Of a stretch of DNA of 64,000 bases, positions 1 through 11,652 are shown piece by piece (within the stretch, counting starts at the first letter, position 1; each line of letters begins with the position of its first letter). Made by a program: the position numbers and the translations under genes. The stretch lies in the NCBI RefSeq assembly GCF_009914755.1, contig NC_060925.1. One strand, given 5' to 3'. The DNA comes from the human T2T-CHM13v2.0 reference genome, Homo sapiens. The notes beneath the pieces are model-generated. The model saw only the letters and a list, made by a program, of their open reading frames with translations. It did no database searches and was not told the origin of the DNA.

Positions 1-3000
1 ACGCACAGACAGCTTATGTAACTACCCCAAGGTTACTTACACTCCCGATAAGTGCACTTATTCTGGGAACTGAAGGAGCACTGGGCCATCCGGCCAATGT
101 CTGGAAGTCTTCCAGTGGAGGGGACTCCTGAGCTGAGTCTGCACTATGACGTGTAAACTTAAAGACTGACTTTTGGTTCTGAAGGTAGAATCAGACCAGG
201 ATGTTCCTCTGAATAAGGGAGGTGGGAAGGAGCTTAATGTCTCCTCCTGCCCTTCCTGAGTCAATGGGAAGTAAAGGGAGAATCCCAAGAATGAAGGTGA
301 CAGAGTGTCAGCATTCAGGGCAGGGGTGGTGGTCAGGTGCTGTTTGGAAAAGCCCAGGTTCTCCCAAGGAAACCACCTTGTCTAAGTCCTTCGGAAGGAA
401 CACAGAATCCAGCAACAGGTGCAAAGGCAGAGACCACACATCTCTTAAGGCCCTAGGTTGTCCCTCAGAGATGGCCCCAGGGCCCTGACTTTTATAGGCA
501 TGGTCTGATGACCTCATGGCTCTTTTCCAGTAAAGCCAGGCATTCAGTGTGGCCCAAGTACAATTTACCTACCAGTTCTTTCAAAAAACAATGCTAAAAG
601 CCAATTACATTGTTGCACCTAAACTCAAACTACTGAGTTATGATTACATGGCATCCATCCAATCTGATGACCATGGATAAAAGTCTTGCTGTAAAGTGAC
701 ATTTGTTTGACGAGCCCAAGCTTTTAACATGGATGGTCCTCAGGGGCCTTTACCAATTCAAAGGAGTAAGAGTTAGCCAGAAAATAAAAACTGGGAAGGG
801 GCTCCCAGGTAGAGGGAACAACATGAGCAAATGCATGGAGGCATAACTAAGGAGTATATGTGAGAGGGAGGGAGGGAGATATCATACAGCTCAGCAACCC
901 TGGTGCTCCAAAACCAAGATAGCAAGCAAAGAATAAAAAGCATTTTAACATGAAAATAAGTGGAGGGATGCTGTGAGCCTGGAGAAGATCATGTGTGCTC
1001 TGGATAGTGAAGAGGAGAAAAACAGAGACTTGTTTGCAAGTAACAGTTGAAAAGGAAGGAAAAAAACCCAAAATATCCCAGGATGGAGATTAATGAATCC
1101 AACAGGGACCCATGAATGTTACAAAGTTTTGACCAAATGGGCCAGCAACAGTACTGAATATGTCTCAGGTGGAAAGCCTAAGAAGTTTCTGAGAATTACA
1201 GAGGCCAAGACATAGTCCCTTTTTAGCATCCAGAGCTGCCAACACTCCAACCACAGAATATACCACAAAGCCCCAACTTCAGAACTGGAGAACATTCAAT
1301 CTAATTTTGTAATCAATTGTGAGCACATTTTGAGCTAGGTTTGAATCAGAAGAGAAAAGACTGCCTGAGAAAAAAGTATAAACAAAATATATAAGTGCTG
1401 AAAGAATGTCGTAAAATGCCATAAATAATTCCACAGAGGGGAAAAATATATGTGGCTGGGTCATTAAGTAAAGCTTTGGCCCAAGTCTTTCTGAGCAGAT
1501 TAGACCTGGGAACATTCTAGGAAGACTTCCTGGAGGAGGTACAGCTTTAAGCTGAGCCTTGAAAAATCTCAGGATTCAGAAATAGAATAGAAAAGGAGGA
1601 AATTCCTAAAGAGGGAGGGGGCCTAGCAGAAGCAACGGCGTTTCCAAGCTTGGGGCAACAGTTTTGTGTTCCAGCGGATATAGTGCACAGATTTAAAAGC
1701 CTGTGGATCCTGGAGGAGCTGCTCGGCGAGACGGCTTGGCAGCCGCTGAACAGAACTGAAGGCTCGGCCACCGGCTGCCTGTGGATTAAGTGGGCGGACA
1801 GAGAGCCAGTGATGGGAGATAAAAGGGAGTGAAGTGGATAATATTTAGAAGCAAACTCAAGGGGAAAAGAGCGTCAGCAGCCCGGCTGGCAGGCTGTGGC
1901 GCTCACGCCGGCATTCTTGTTTCCTCCCTAGGAAAGCTGCATTACCAGGCGACCTCTTCTTGGCTTTGAGAGACGTCCAAATGGGAACTATTAACAAAGG
2001 CACGCTCCCATTTTTATCTCCGTCAGAAAGTGCTTTGCCGGTCAGGTTTTCTCTGCTTGGCCTGGGATTGGAGAGCGGGTTGGGGGAAGATCAGACAATA
2101 TGTTTGCGGATGAGGGTTCTTGGAATTCTTGAGAGCTGGCCCCTTCCAACTCTAAGATTTTAGAAGTCTGTGTCCATGAGCTGACAATTCTTCAAAGCTA
2201 AGAGGCTAGGATTTCATGAAGTGAAGATTCTTTGAGTCCCTAAATGTCTCTGAGCCTAATGTTCTGAGATTTCACCATTCCTAGATTCTTTGAGCCTCAG
2301 AGTTTGGATTTATGGTTGGAGATTCTCTGAGCCTAGAAGTCTTCTTGCTGTGAACTTCCAATTCTGAGACTAGAATATCTCATGACATTTTGGTCACCTC
2401 CAGCTTTAGGACCTCACTCTCCTCTGATGGAGGTGCGTAAGCTATCCTGTGCTCCTGCTTCTGTGTGTGTTATCCCCCTACATTTAGATAATATATTAAA
2501 TATTAAGACACGAATGAACCAGGTCATGGAGAGGGGATGGACAGAGCTCGCCATGCCTGCAGGGGTTCTTCACAAACAGCCCTCTGGGCACAGAAATAAT
2601 CTGAGTGAGCACATGCCCAGGGGTCCCTGCTAGGGGACACCCGGTGATGGACTTTTGCTGAGCAGCTCCTTACCAGATGGCTCTGTGGGGGAGACACAGC
2701 GGGTGTGGCAGACTGCCGAAGCACAAGGTGAAGGTCGCGCCAGAAGAAGCCTGTTTCTCAGTCCAGGTTCTGGAGGTATATGGTATAGGCGATGCCAGCC
2801 TGTGTTTAATTCCACGGTGATGGAGGGGCTCTCCCTCCATGGTTGACTTCCTGGGAGAAAAGGCTTCGGCACGGTCTGAGGTCCTCCAGGGGTGTCTGGG
2901 GCCTCGGGGAAGGCTTGCTCCCTCTACTCTAAGGAGCGCACATAGATCTGACAAGAGATCTGACAAGGTATAACACTGTGGGCTCCAGGGCTGCCACAGA

Positions 3001-3773
3001 GGCCCAGAGAGGGCTGGAGGACTCAAGGATGGCCATTCTTGGAGGACAGGAAATTAGAGAATGGTTCTGAAAGGTGGGAGCATACAACCAAAAGGGGAAG
3101 AAAGAACAGGGTCTCTATCTGAAGTGTGGAGAACCAGGGCACAGGAGAGACTAATATTCAGGTGCTCTGTGCCTCAGTTTCCATGCTGCAAACAGGACTA
3201 ATAATACCCACCTCTCAGGGCATAAAAGCAATGGGGTGCACACTCAGGTAATGAATTCTCGGCAGGCAAAGACACATTTCGAAGTCTCTTCCCAGACCCT
3301 TCACTGGCACAACACAGTGAGGTGCTCTGGTTGAATGAGTGAGGAGCAACAGAGGGAGAAGAGTCACAATGAAGGAGAGCAGCTGAGGCTGGGTGGGTGT
3401 CCAGCAGCCTGTGCCGTGACATGCTGGGGCTCTCCTGTCTGAAGCCTGGCAGCAGGATCACCCACTGGAACCAACAGGCTCTGGACAAATAGGTATCAGC
3501 AGCAACTGCCAAAGACAAGCCTGCCAGCCCCTCCCAACTACAGATAACTCAGGCTCAAAATTTCAGACTTGGTTGGCCTAGGCTCTCCAAAATATGGGAG
3601 ATACGCATCACAGAAGTCAGACCTGGGCCAACACTGGAAATCACCTAGCCCAGCGCTCTCATGGGACAAAGGGGGGCAAATTAGGCCTAGAAAGGGAAAA
3701 GGGCTGGCCCAAAGTCACAGGCAAGGTACTAACAGGATCAGGATTAGAACCTGCTTTGAATACGACCTGCCTA

Positions 3774-4130
3774 TGCTGTGGTCCAAATGTATGTGTCCCT
3801 CCAAAATTCGTATGTTGAAACCTAACCACCAAGGTGATGATATGAAGAGGTGGAACTTCTGGGAGTAGATTAGTTCATGAGGTCTGTACACTCACGAATG
3901 GGATAAGGACCCTTACAAAAGAAGCTAGAGGAAGCTTGTTCACCCTTTCCACCATGTAAATACACAGAAGGCATCACCTATGAGAAACAGGCCCTCACCA
4001 GACACAAAATCCGCTGGTACCTTGATCTTGAACTTCCCAGCCTCCAGAACTGTGAGCCATAATTTCTGTTGTTTATAAATTACCCACTGTAAGGTATTTT
4101 GCTGTAGCAGCCTACATGATAATTTTGACA
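3774..4130 (+). mobile_element. MaLR solo LTR, MLT1A-like
   Basis: TG...CA ends; blocks gtgtccctccaaaattcgtatgttgaaacc and cttcccagcctccagaactgtgag...ggtattttgctgtagcagcc. Confidence 0.8.
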
Positions 4131-4631
4131 TTTTTTGTCCTTATAGGATGGAAAGGAGCTTTCAAAGTTCAGAAGGGGGCTCCTTGCTGTGATTTATACT
4201 TTTCTTCATCGTTCATTCCTTCAATGATGCTGCATGGTGGAACGGAATCAGGGATGGTCACATCATGATTTTTGACCATTTGCTCATTAATCCATTCATG
4301 CTCCCAATAGTTACTCAGCACTTACTAATACTTGCTGGCCCCGCCAGGGTGTAGACATAGGAGCTCTGGCTATAAACCAAGGAGATCTTTATTCAACTGT
4401 GCAGGCTTAGCCTATATTGGGGGGTGTGTGTGTGTATGTCTTCACAGCAGTGGCTTAGAAAGTTTGGGACATATTCCCTGGGAGTAGCTGATGCCCAGAA
4501 TGTCTTTGAGAACTCCTATTTTAGAATCACCTTGAGATCCAATTTATAAGTCAAGGAGAAAATCAGTTCCAGCACTTTTCAATTCTCTCTCTCTCTTTTT
4601 CGGCAAGAAATGATGGTCTACCACCATTCCA

Positions 4632-4674
<43 letters not shown>
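4632..4674. repeat. (CA)n microsatellite with one interruption
   Basis: Direct reading. Confidence 0.95.
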
Positions 4675-4744
4675 ATTCAGCAGAAATGTCATCTAATAAA
4701 AACCAGGTCATCTTTCAGACACTGGGAAAGCAGGGGTTGTGGTA

Positions 4745-4960
4745 ATGGACTCACCTGAGTTTGAACACTGAGTCTACTTGGCCTGTCTGTGTAATCACAG
4801 CCAAATGACTTCACCTTTTCAGATCTCAATTTATGGTCTTGAAAATAAATACGATAATAAATCTTGTTGCATCTCTGTGAGGGTTAGAGATAATGTAATT
4901 ATGAGGTCTAATGCAGCACCCTGCATAGAGACAAAACTCAATAAATGGTATTGTGGTTTC
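4745..4960 (+). mobile_element. MIR SINE, degenerate
   Basis: Decayed MIR core and 3' end (gtgagggttagagataatgt...ctcaataaatggtattg). Confidence 0.6.
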
Positions 4961-5652
4961 TAACTCCTCAAGTGAGGGACTTGTAGAATTTTACAAACAT
5001 TTTGCACACCTTTGGCAGGCACGGTTCTGTGTTCAGGCGCTACACATATTAGATGGGTAATGCTCACATGCTTGGTAAAGTACAGAATAGCAGAGTCCTT
5101 GTTTTCTTATTATACCTCACAGAACCATGTAACTTTGAGGTCTCATCCAGTGTCTCCGACTCTGCCATGCAGGGAGTTGAAGGGGAGGACTCAGGTCCCC
5201 TAGAGGGAGAAGTAGTGGCAGCCGGTACCAGTCCCTGGTGGCAGCAGGCAGAGCTGATAGAAATCTGCAGGTCTCAAGCTTGTCATAAGATCTGGACTCA
5301 AGACTTAGGCATCCTTGGGCCCCCAAGGGCAGGGGCTCACCGCCTCCTAATACTCCAACGTTCAACAAGGGATGACGAGTGGATATGGCTGCTGGGAGAA
5401 GGGAGTGGCAACTTCCCATGCAGCCTTCCTCTTTCCCTGCCCTGGAGCCAGCCTAGACTGTTTGCCAAGCACAAAACCAACATCCAAGTAGTCATTTTAA
5501 CCCATCAACAACCTCCCACAGGTAGTATCTTCTCATGTCCCCACAAAAACCAGCTCAACTTTGAAAGACTGGTAATTGCTGCCCCATTGGATGGATGGGC
5601 ATACCAAGTCTTGCCCAAGATTATATACAAGTTGTTGGTTTTAAAACGTTGG

Positions 5653-5653
<1 letters not shown>

Positions 5654-5701
<48 letters not shown>
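5654..5701. repeat. (TA)24 perfect microsatellite flanked by direct repeats AAAACGTTGGTT
   Basis: Direct reading; flanks at 5643-5654 and 5701-5712. Confidence 0.95.
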
Positions 5702-5705
<4 letters not shown>

Positions 5706-6019
5706 GTTGGTTTTAGTGTTGAGGCTGGGACTGACACCTGGAAGCAAGTCTCCTATCTCCAGCCCACTGTGCTGAGCTGTCTACAATACAACAAGAAAAC
5801 CTTCAGAGACCTGCCTCACCACCAGCCTCATAGCCGAAGGAAATATCTCTACAAGTATAAATTTTCCAAGAAAGACAATTTTAAGCCCTCAAGTCCTAAA
5901 GGGGAGAGAGAAACAGAAGAAAGAACTAAGGAATGATTACAGAAGATATCAAATACCTAGACAGGAGGAAGTCTAGAGAAACAGTGTGGGGAAGCTGGGA
6001 GAACACATCCTTCATACAG

Positions 6020-6340
6020 AGTCAGGCTGACTGGCTCTGTTCCTTATTAGCCACGTGACCTTGGGCAAGTCATTCAACATTTCTGGATGCCCACCTTAGA
6101 AAGCCATAGGGTTGTTATGAGAATTCAATGCAGTGGAAAAGCGTGTGGAGCCTCCTGCAGGGTGCCTGGCACGTGGAATTGATTAGAATCATCCTATGGA
6201 ATGTCAGGGCTAGAAGGAGCTTGAATGATGACCTCATCTCAGTGTCTTATTTCACAGACCAAGAAAACAGGGCCCAGAGAGAGGAAGTGACTTGCCCAAG
6301 GTCACATAGCAAAGTCACGGTGATGTTGGGTCTAGCACCC
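6020..6340. mobile_element. Two MIR fragments: + at ~6020-6185, - at ~6230-6340
   Basis: gtgaccttgggcaagtca on +; gaggaagtgacttgcccaaggtcacatagc for the - copy. Confidence 0.7.
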
Positions 6341-8898
6341 TCAGTTTATTTTGAAATCAAAGACCAAAACCTAACAATAGACCTGATCTTCCAAGCTGCG
6401 CAAGGGTGGAAGAAGCTTTTTCCAGGGTTCCAAAACTTAAGCTTTCTTTCTCCATTTAACAAGCAAAATTATGGTATTTCTGTCCAGAAAAAAATACAAA
6501 AATTTTAAAAACAACATTAATACTAAAATCCCAGATCTTAACAAAAAGACACTGTTTTAAGCCTTATTTTTCCCGCCTTCTTCTCTCACTGTCTCCCCAA
6601 CCCAAATATTTTGCAATAACAGTAATGCTGCGAGGAAAGAAAAAATAAAAATCTGATGCACTTAACAGATATTTCAGTGCACTAATGCATCACAGATGTT
6701 CATATCAAACTGTGCACGCGTGCATGTAATTTTACGGAGAAGGCTGTTGCATTTCTGATTTTGAATTTTTGGATCCCTAATGACCTCATCTGCCTAGGCT
6801 CCAGAATCCCACCCTTCCCATTTAGTCCAAGGCTGCCCAAGGGGATGGAGGAGAGATTTCATCGCCTCCCTACAAAATGATAACAGGACAAATTGGCATG
6901 ATTGGACACTCTGGCAGGTGGTGAAGGGTATGGAGATTAGGGAACTAAGAGGAGTTCTGTTTTCTTTTGTTTGGGACTTGCTTTCTGCAGCTCTTTTGAG
7001 GAGCTGGACCAAAGAACAATTTTAAGAGTGGGCCCAGGCTGGTGATGGGTTGGGCACATTTTTGAAATAGAATTGGAGTCTGTTTGATCTTCAAACATGA
7101 GCTTTGGAGACTGTCAGCAGGCTCCCTCCCGGCCGATGAATGGCTCTCAGTAACTTTTCCTAAAACATAACCTCACACACACTTTCCAGCAAATGTTTTC
7201 ACCCTACCAAAGCCATCATTTGGTTGAACAGGAGTGTCTCCCGACCCCAAAGAAAGATAGTTTTGTTGTTTTAAGAGAGACGGATTAAAGACAGGGGCTG
7301 CTTAGCCAGAGTTTGTGTGTGCTCCCTTCAGCCTTTGTCGGATTCCTCTGTGGTTGGTGCAAAGAGAGTGTTGAGAGTGATGGTGGATACCTCACCTCCC
7401 CATCCTAAAAAAGATATCGAGGCCAGACCTAGGCCTCTGAACAGAGAGGCCTCCCACAAACCTGCCTCCGAAATGAGATGGGCGGTGAGCGCCGGGGGTC
7501 CCGACACAGATAATATCAGCTCCCGAGGCTGGCAAGGGAAAAGTCACTTCAGAGGGAGAAAGCGGCTATGTTCAGAGGAATCAGCACTGGGCCATAGAAT
7601 ACACAGGATTTTCCCCCGTGGAGAAGGAGTCAGGCGTAGTCAGAACCCTGCAGGGCGTGACTAACTGCCCCAATACTCCTGCCACTGGGGCCCTCTGGGT
7701 AAGGACTCCACAATTATGGGAGAGCCAGCAGGAGAACCGACAAACCCGCCTTTCATTTGGCCGGCAAATCAATCTGGCTTCTTACCTCCCCAGGGACAAT
7801 ATTGCATTTCCCTTGGAAAAACAAAGGCCAGAGATCTTGGAAAGGGGATCAGTTTCTGCCGCTGTTTCCCTGGTGAAGAGCTTGCAACATCTCCGGAGGA
7901 GCAAGCAGGTCTGATTCCAATGGTAGTTTCTGGTCCAGCCAATTTATGAGGCTGTCTCCTTAATGGGCAGCACGTCTCTGAGCCATGCCTCACTCAGGAA
8001 ATTGACCCAAGCCCCATCTTGGGGCCTCCTTGAAGGAGTCCCCATCCTGGGATTGACAGCCCCGTTCTCAAGGCACAGATGTGAACTCATTGTTCCCAGG
8101 GTCTCAGAGTTGAGTTTGGGGCCAGTGAGTAGCAAGTGACCTCTGCCCATGGAGAAGGGGCTTTTAATGACATTTTGCTCTATCAGATCTCTGGCAGCCA
8201 GAGACTTTAAACCTCTTAAGCCCCTCCCTTCTCTCCTACTTCTGAGGTTCAGAAATCAGGACTGTCAACCTTTAAGCGAACACGCTTCTCTGAAATTATT
8301 AACCTTAAAACTCTCCTGGCTGACTTTCTCCTGGCCTTAGCGAGGCGGTCCGAGGGTCACCTAGAGCTTTGCACAGAGCCGGGAAACTGATGGTGCTTAA
8401 CCTCAAATGGCAAGCAGCACTCTACTGTCGCCAGGTCCCAGGCAACTCCTTGTTGGCTCAGCCCTGGGAGCCATGCCTTCCTCTTACTTTCTTGGGCACT
8501 GTCCACACACCAGCCTCAATACAGCCTCCAGGGCCTCAGGAAGGCCTGACACAAACCGGAAGCCCCCTCTTTTTGTTTTTGATCACTCTGATGCTCTGAG
8601 GGAAATTCTTTCTGCCCAGGCAAGCACAGCAGGTGAGGAGTGTACATCCCCAACATGTAATACTGCTGAAATAGAAGCAAACACGCAGACTCTTACCCCA
8701 AATTCCAGTATACGCCACTCTCAACTGATACCACCAGAGCAGCCAGGTGCTGCCTCGCTGCCCAGCAGAACCTCTCCTTCCAGAAAAAGGACCTGACTCT
8801 GGCTGCCTCCCCCTCCCCCTCGGAGAAGAAAGACAATCAGAGAAGAGGACCCAGGTACCCAGGGCTGTCAGCTCCGGGCTGGGGCACTGCATGCCTAC

Positions 8899-9462
8899 CT
8901 GGGAGAAGTTGAGCCCGTTGTTGAGGGGATGGCACTGCTCCTCCACCTGCTCCACAGCCCCTGTGGTCTTCTTCATCTTCTCAGCCTGCTGGGCCAGGTA
9001 GAGGTCGAGCACGGGCACACCACGGAAGCGCACGTCCCTCTCTGTGAGCGAGTTTACCATGAGCATCACCCAGACGGGCCTCTTGCGCTCCCAGTTGCCT
9101 GCGATGGCATTGAATAGGTAGTCAGCATAGAGCCCCTTGCCCCGCTGAGCGGGCGTCATCCAGGAGGGCATCATCAACTTCACGTAGTCCAGGTGGCGCT
9201 TCAAGCGCCAGTAAAGCTCGTGGGGCAGCACGTCCTGCAGGTTTTCCCCGTGCGGCAGCAGCTGGCAGCTGGCCAGGGCCGAGATGGTGTAGGGGTCTGT
9301 AAGGTCCAGCTCAAAGTAGACACGGGTGCTAGCCTGGAAGGCTGCCTTGGAGTTGTCCGGGATGAAGTCCCAGACGCGGGTGTAGGGGACGTGAATAGTG
9401 CCAAACAGGTAGGCCGGAGGATCACGCCGAATCGTCCACAGGAAGGAGTTCAAGTCCCTCTG
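8899..9462 (-). CDS. TRABD2B: TRABD2B coding exon 2 (564 nt, 188 aa), N-terminal half of the TraB/PrgY/GumN (Tiki) domain, [11 protein letters not shown]...GLNFSQ
   Basis: Polypyrimidine tract plus CAG acceptor (AG at 9464-9463); donor CAG|GTAGGC at 8899/8898; Tiki-family motifs YLFGTIHV (GxxH), [22 protein letters not shown]; lies inside ORF 8536..9576. Confidence 0.97.
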
Positions 9463-9577
9463 CTGCAGGAGTAGAGAAGAGGCAAGGCAGTGAGGCCGAA
9501 GGCAACAGAGTAGAGTCAGGGTAGCCCAGAGGCACGTTGCAGAGGGAGGTGGGGATGGGAGGCAGAGACCATACACA

Positions 9578-9830
9578 GGCCGTGGTAAAGAGCCAGGTCT
9601 TTGGAGCCTGAAAGACCCACATTGAAAACCTAGCTTTGCCCTGTCTTAGATGTATGATCTTGAGTGAATCATTTCACTTCCACAGGCTCAGTTTCCTCAT
9701 CTGTAAAATGGGGGTGAAAGCAACTACCTCGGGTTGTTGGGAGGATTAAAAGATACAATATATGTATATTAAGCCCTCAGAGCAGTGCCAGGTACAGAGG
9801 AAGTCAGCAATGAAGGGAAACTCTCATGAT
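9578..9830 (+). mobile_element. Near full-length MIR in intron 1
   Basis: Core ctcagtttcctcatctgtaaaatggg; gggttgttgggaggattaaa. Confidence 0.85.
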
Positions 9831-10356
9831 TAGCGTTCCCTGTGAGTGCCAAGGACTGCCACACCACCTGAGAATATTCATGCTTGGCCAAGTCAAACCT
9901 TCACCGGTGGTGTTTCATGCGGAGGGTGGGGAAAGGAGGACCAAGAGTCCTGCTCTGGCAAGAAGGGAGGAAGTCATATAACTTTTAAATCCAACCATTA
10001 GAAGATATAAGCCAAGAGCACTTTGAAAGCAGAACACCTATTAAAAATAGCACACCTATTTAAACAGCTACTTCACATTCATCACGGTGAATACACTTTT
10101 CTTTTTGGAGGGCAGGTCTGGGGTGTCAGCTACTTTGCTCGACCAGCTGAGACCATAGATGAGAAAGTGCTTTAAAATCTTGCAAGGCCAAGTCAAGTTT
10201 CAGAATCTGGTTTGGGAGGAAAGGATTCCATTACAATTAGTCCCAAGAAATGTACATATTCTGGGTACTTTCCAGGCTCCTCCCCTAAAAATGTATACCT
10301 GATTTCCAACCCCAGTTGTTTGTCATTTTCTATGACCTAAGCTCCGACTTAGGGGA

Positions 10357-10400
10357 GTGTGTGTGCGTGTGTGTGTGTGTGTGCGCGTGTGTGTGTATGT
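10357..10400. repeat. (GT)n/(GC) alternating purine-pyrimidine tract in intron 1
   Basis: Direct reading. Confidence 0.9.
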
Positions 10401-11550
10401 AGGAGCTGAAGAGAGGCATGCAGACAGGGGTCCTTTCTACAGATCCAAGTCAGGGCTAGGCATAAAGGGCAAAGCCATTTTCCAACCAGAAAAATCCCTG
10501 GAGTGCCCACTGACCACTTGCAAGCTTTAGACCAACTCATAACACTTTTCTGCCTGATTCTGGCACAAATGAAAAGTATGTGTTGGGATGGGTGGGTTGT
10601 GGGAGAACAGTACCTTACTTTACTAACAACCCCAAACTGTTAATCCCAGCATGTTGGCGATAGACTGAGAGCCCAGTCAGCCAACGAGCTCCCTGTTTGT
10701 GCACAAGGCAGGCTGCTGGAGGTGCACCTTGCCCAAGGTCAGCGAATTCCGGGCTAACAGGCAGCACACCTACAGCAGCCAGACCCTATGGTCTCCTGGC
10801 CTCCAATTCAGGGTTACTGTCAATGCATTAATTTACACTTAGAGGGAAAGATACTGAAGGAAATAAAGAGGTTCTTTGTTTTGGAAGGAATATTAGGAGA
10901 ACCAGTAATTACTCGACCCCAAGAAATATTAGGCCAGTATGTCCTGGCATTGCCTTTTCCTCTCCTCTGAAATCTTCCCTCTTTTCACGAAATATGGACG
11001 CTTGGGAGAGTAGGTGGTGGGAGCCTGGGCCGCAGAGATGGAGGTGAGAACGAGGAACAGGGAGAAAGTTTGTCTTAGGTCAGAGTGGGAGGGCAGGGAG
11101 AGAGAGGGAAGCCTGGGAGGGGGCAGAGTGTGTGAATGGGAGAGCAAAAGGGTTCGATGGAAGTCAAGAGAAGGGCAAGGAACGGTAGAAAAACACAGTC
11201 AGAAGCGGGCAGAGAGACCAGAAGGGTAAAGACAGAAAAAATATGAGAAAGGAGAGACAAAAAGGGGCAGAGAGAGAGGAGGCGTCCAAGCAGGACCACA
11301 AGTCAAGAGGAGAGCCCCAGAGCGGCAGCGTGTGGAGAAGGAACCGGAGAGGGAGCGCCCCTTCTCGCTCCTGGCTGGGAGCTGGAGCCGGGACAGGCAG
11401 GAGCGAAGGAAGGGCGCCCGAGGCTGCGCCCGGGGGGTGGAGGTGGAGCGGGCGGGCTAAGGTGGGTGCGGAAGCAGGACCCAAACCATGGTCCCACGGG
11501 ACTAGAATACCCAGGCAGGCGGGAGAGTGGCCGGGCAGGCGCTCGCTCAC

Positions 11551-11652
11551 CGATCCGGGCGGCCGGCACTGTCCTCCGTCCGGGGGCTGCGGGCGGGCGC
11601 GAGCGGTGGCGAGGAGGGCGGCGAGCAGCGGCCCCGCCAGGGCGGCGTGCAT
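11551..11652 (-). CDS. TRABD2B: TRABD2B (TIKI2) coding exon 1: signal peptide and N-terminus [34 protein letters not shown] (34 codons)
   Basis: ATG at 11652 (AGG ATG C); hydrophobic signal-peptide-like start; donor TCG|GTGAGC at 11551/11550; 102 nt, phase 0, joins exon 2 in frame; I recognise the peptide as the human TIKI2 N-terminus. Confidence 0.95.

Larger units (their letters stand above)
1..8898 (-). other. TRABD2B: TRABD2B intron 2 (partial; continues beyond the left edge)
   Basis: Begins at the GTAGGC donor; no further Tiki-like coding sequence in 1-8898. Confidence 0.88.
9463..11550 (-). other. TRABD2B: TRABD2B intron 1 (2088 nt, GT-AG)
   Basis: Bounded by the exon 1 donor and exon 2 acceptor. 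Confidence 0.93.

Noticed and set aside
2944-2967. Short tandem duplications (agatctgacaag x2; similar ones at ~53950 and inside Alus)
   Set aside because: Ordinary slippage events with no further structure
5053-5775. 240-aa plus-strand ORF
   Set aside because: Runs through the (TA)24 repeat (YIYIY...), is antisense within an intron, and resembles no known protein
9463-9576. Hydrophobic in-frame extension upstream of exon 2 resembling an alternative signal peptide
   Set aside because: Starts at GTG, not ATG, and is simply the translated polypyrimidine tract; exon 1 supplies the real signal peptide
758-10027. Scattered TCF/LEF CTTTGAA motifs in the introns (e.g. ~758, 2191, 3754, 5559, 10021)
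   Set aside because: Roughly 16 CTTTGAW matches are expected by chance in 64 kb on two strands; isolated hits are uninformative
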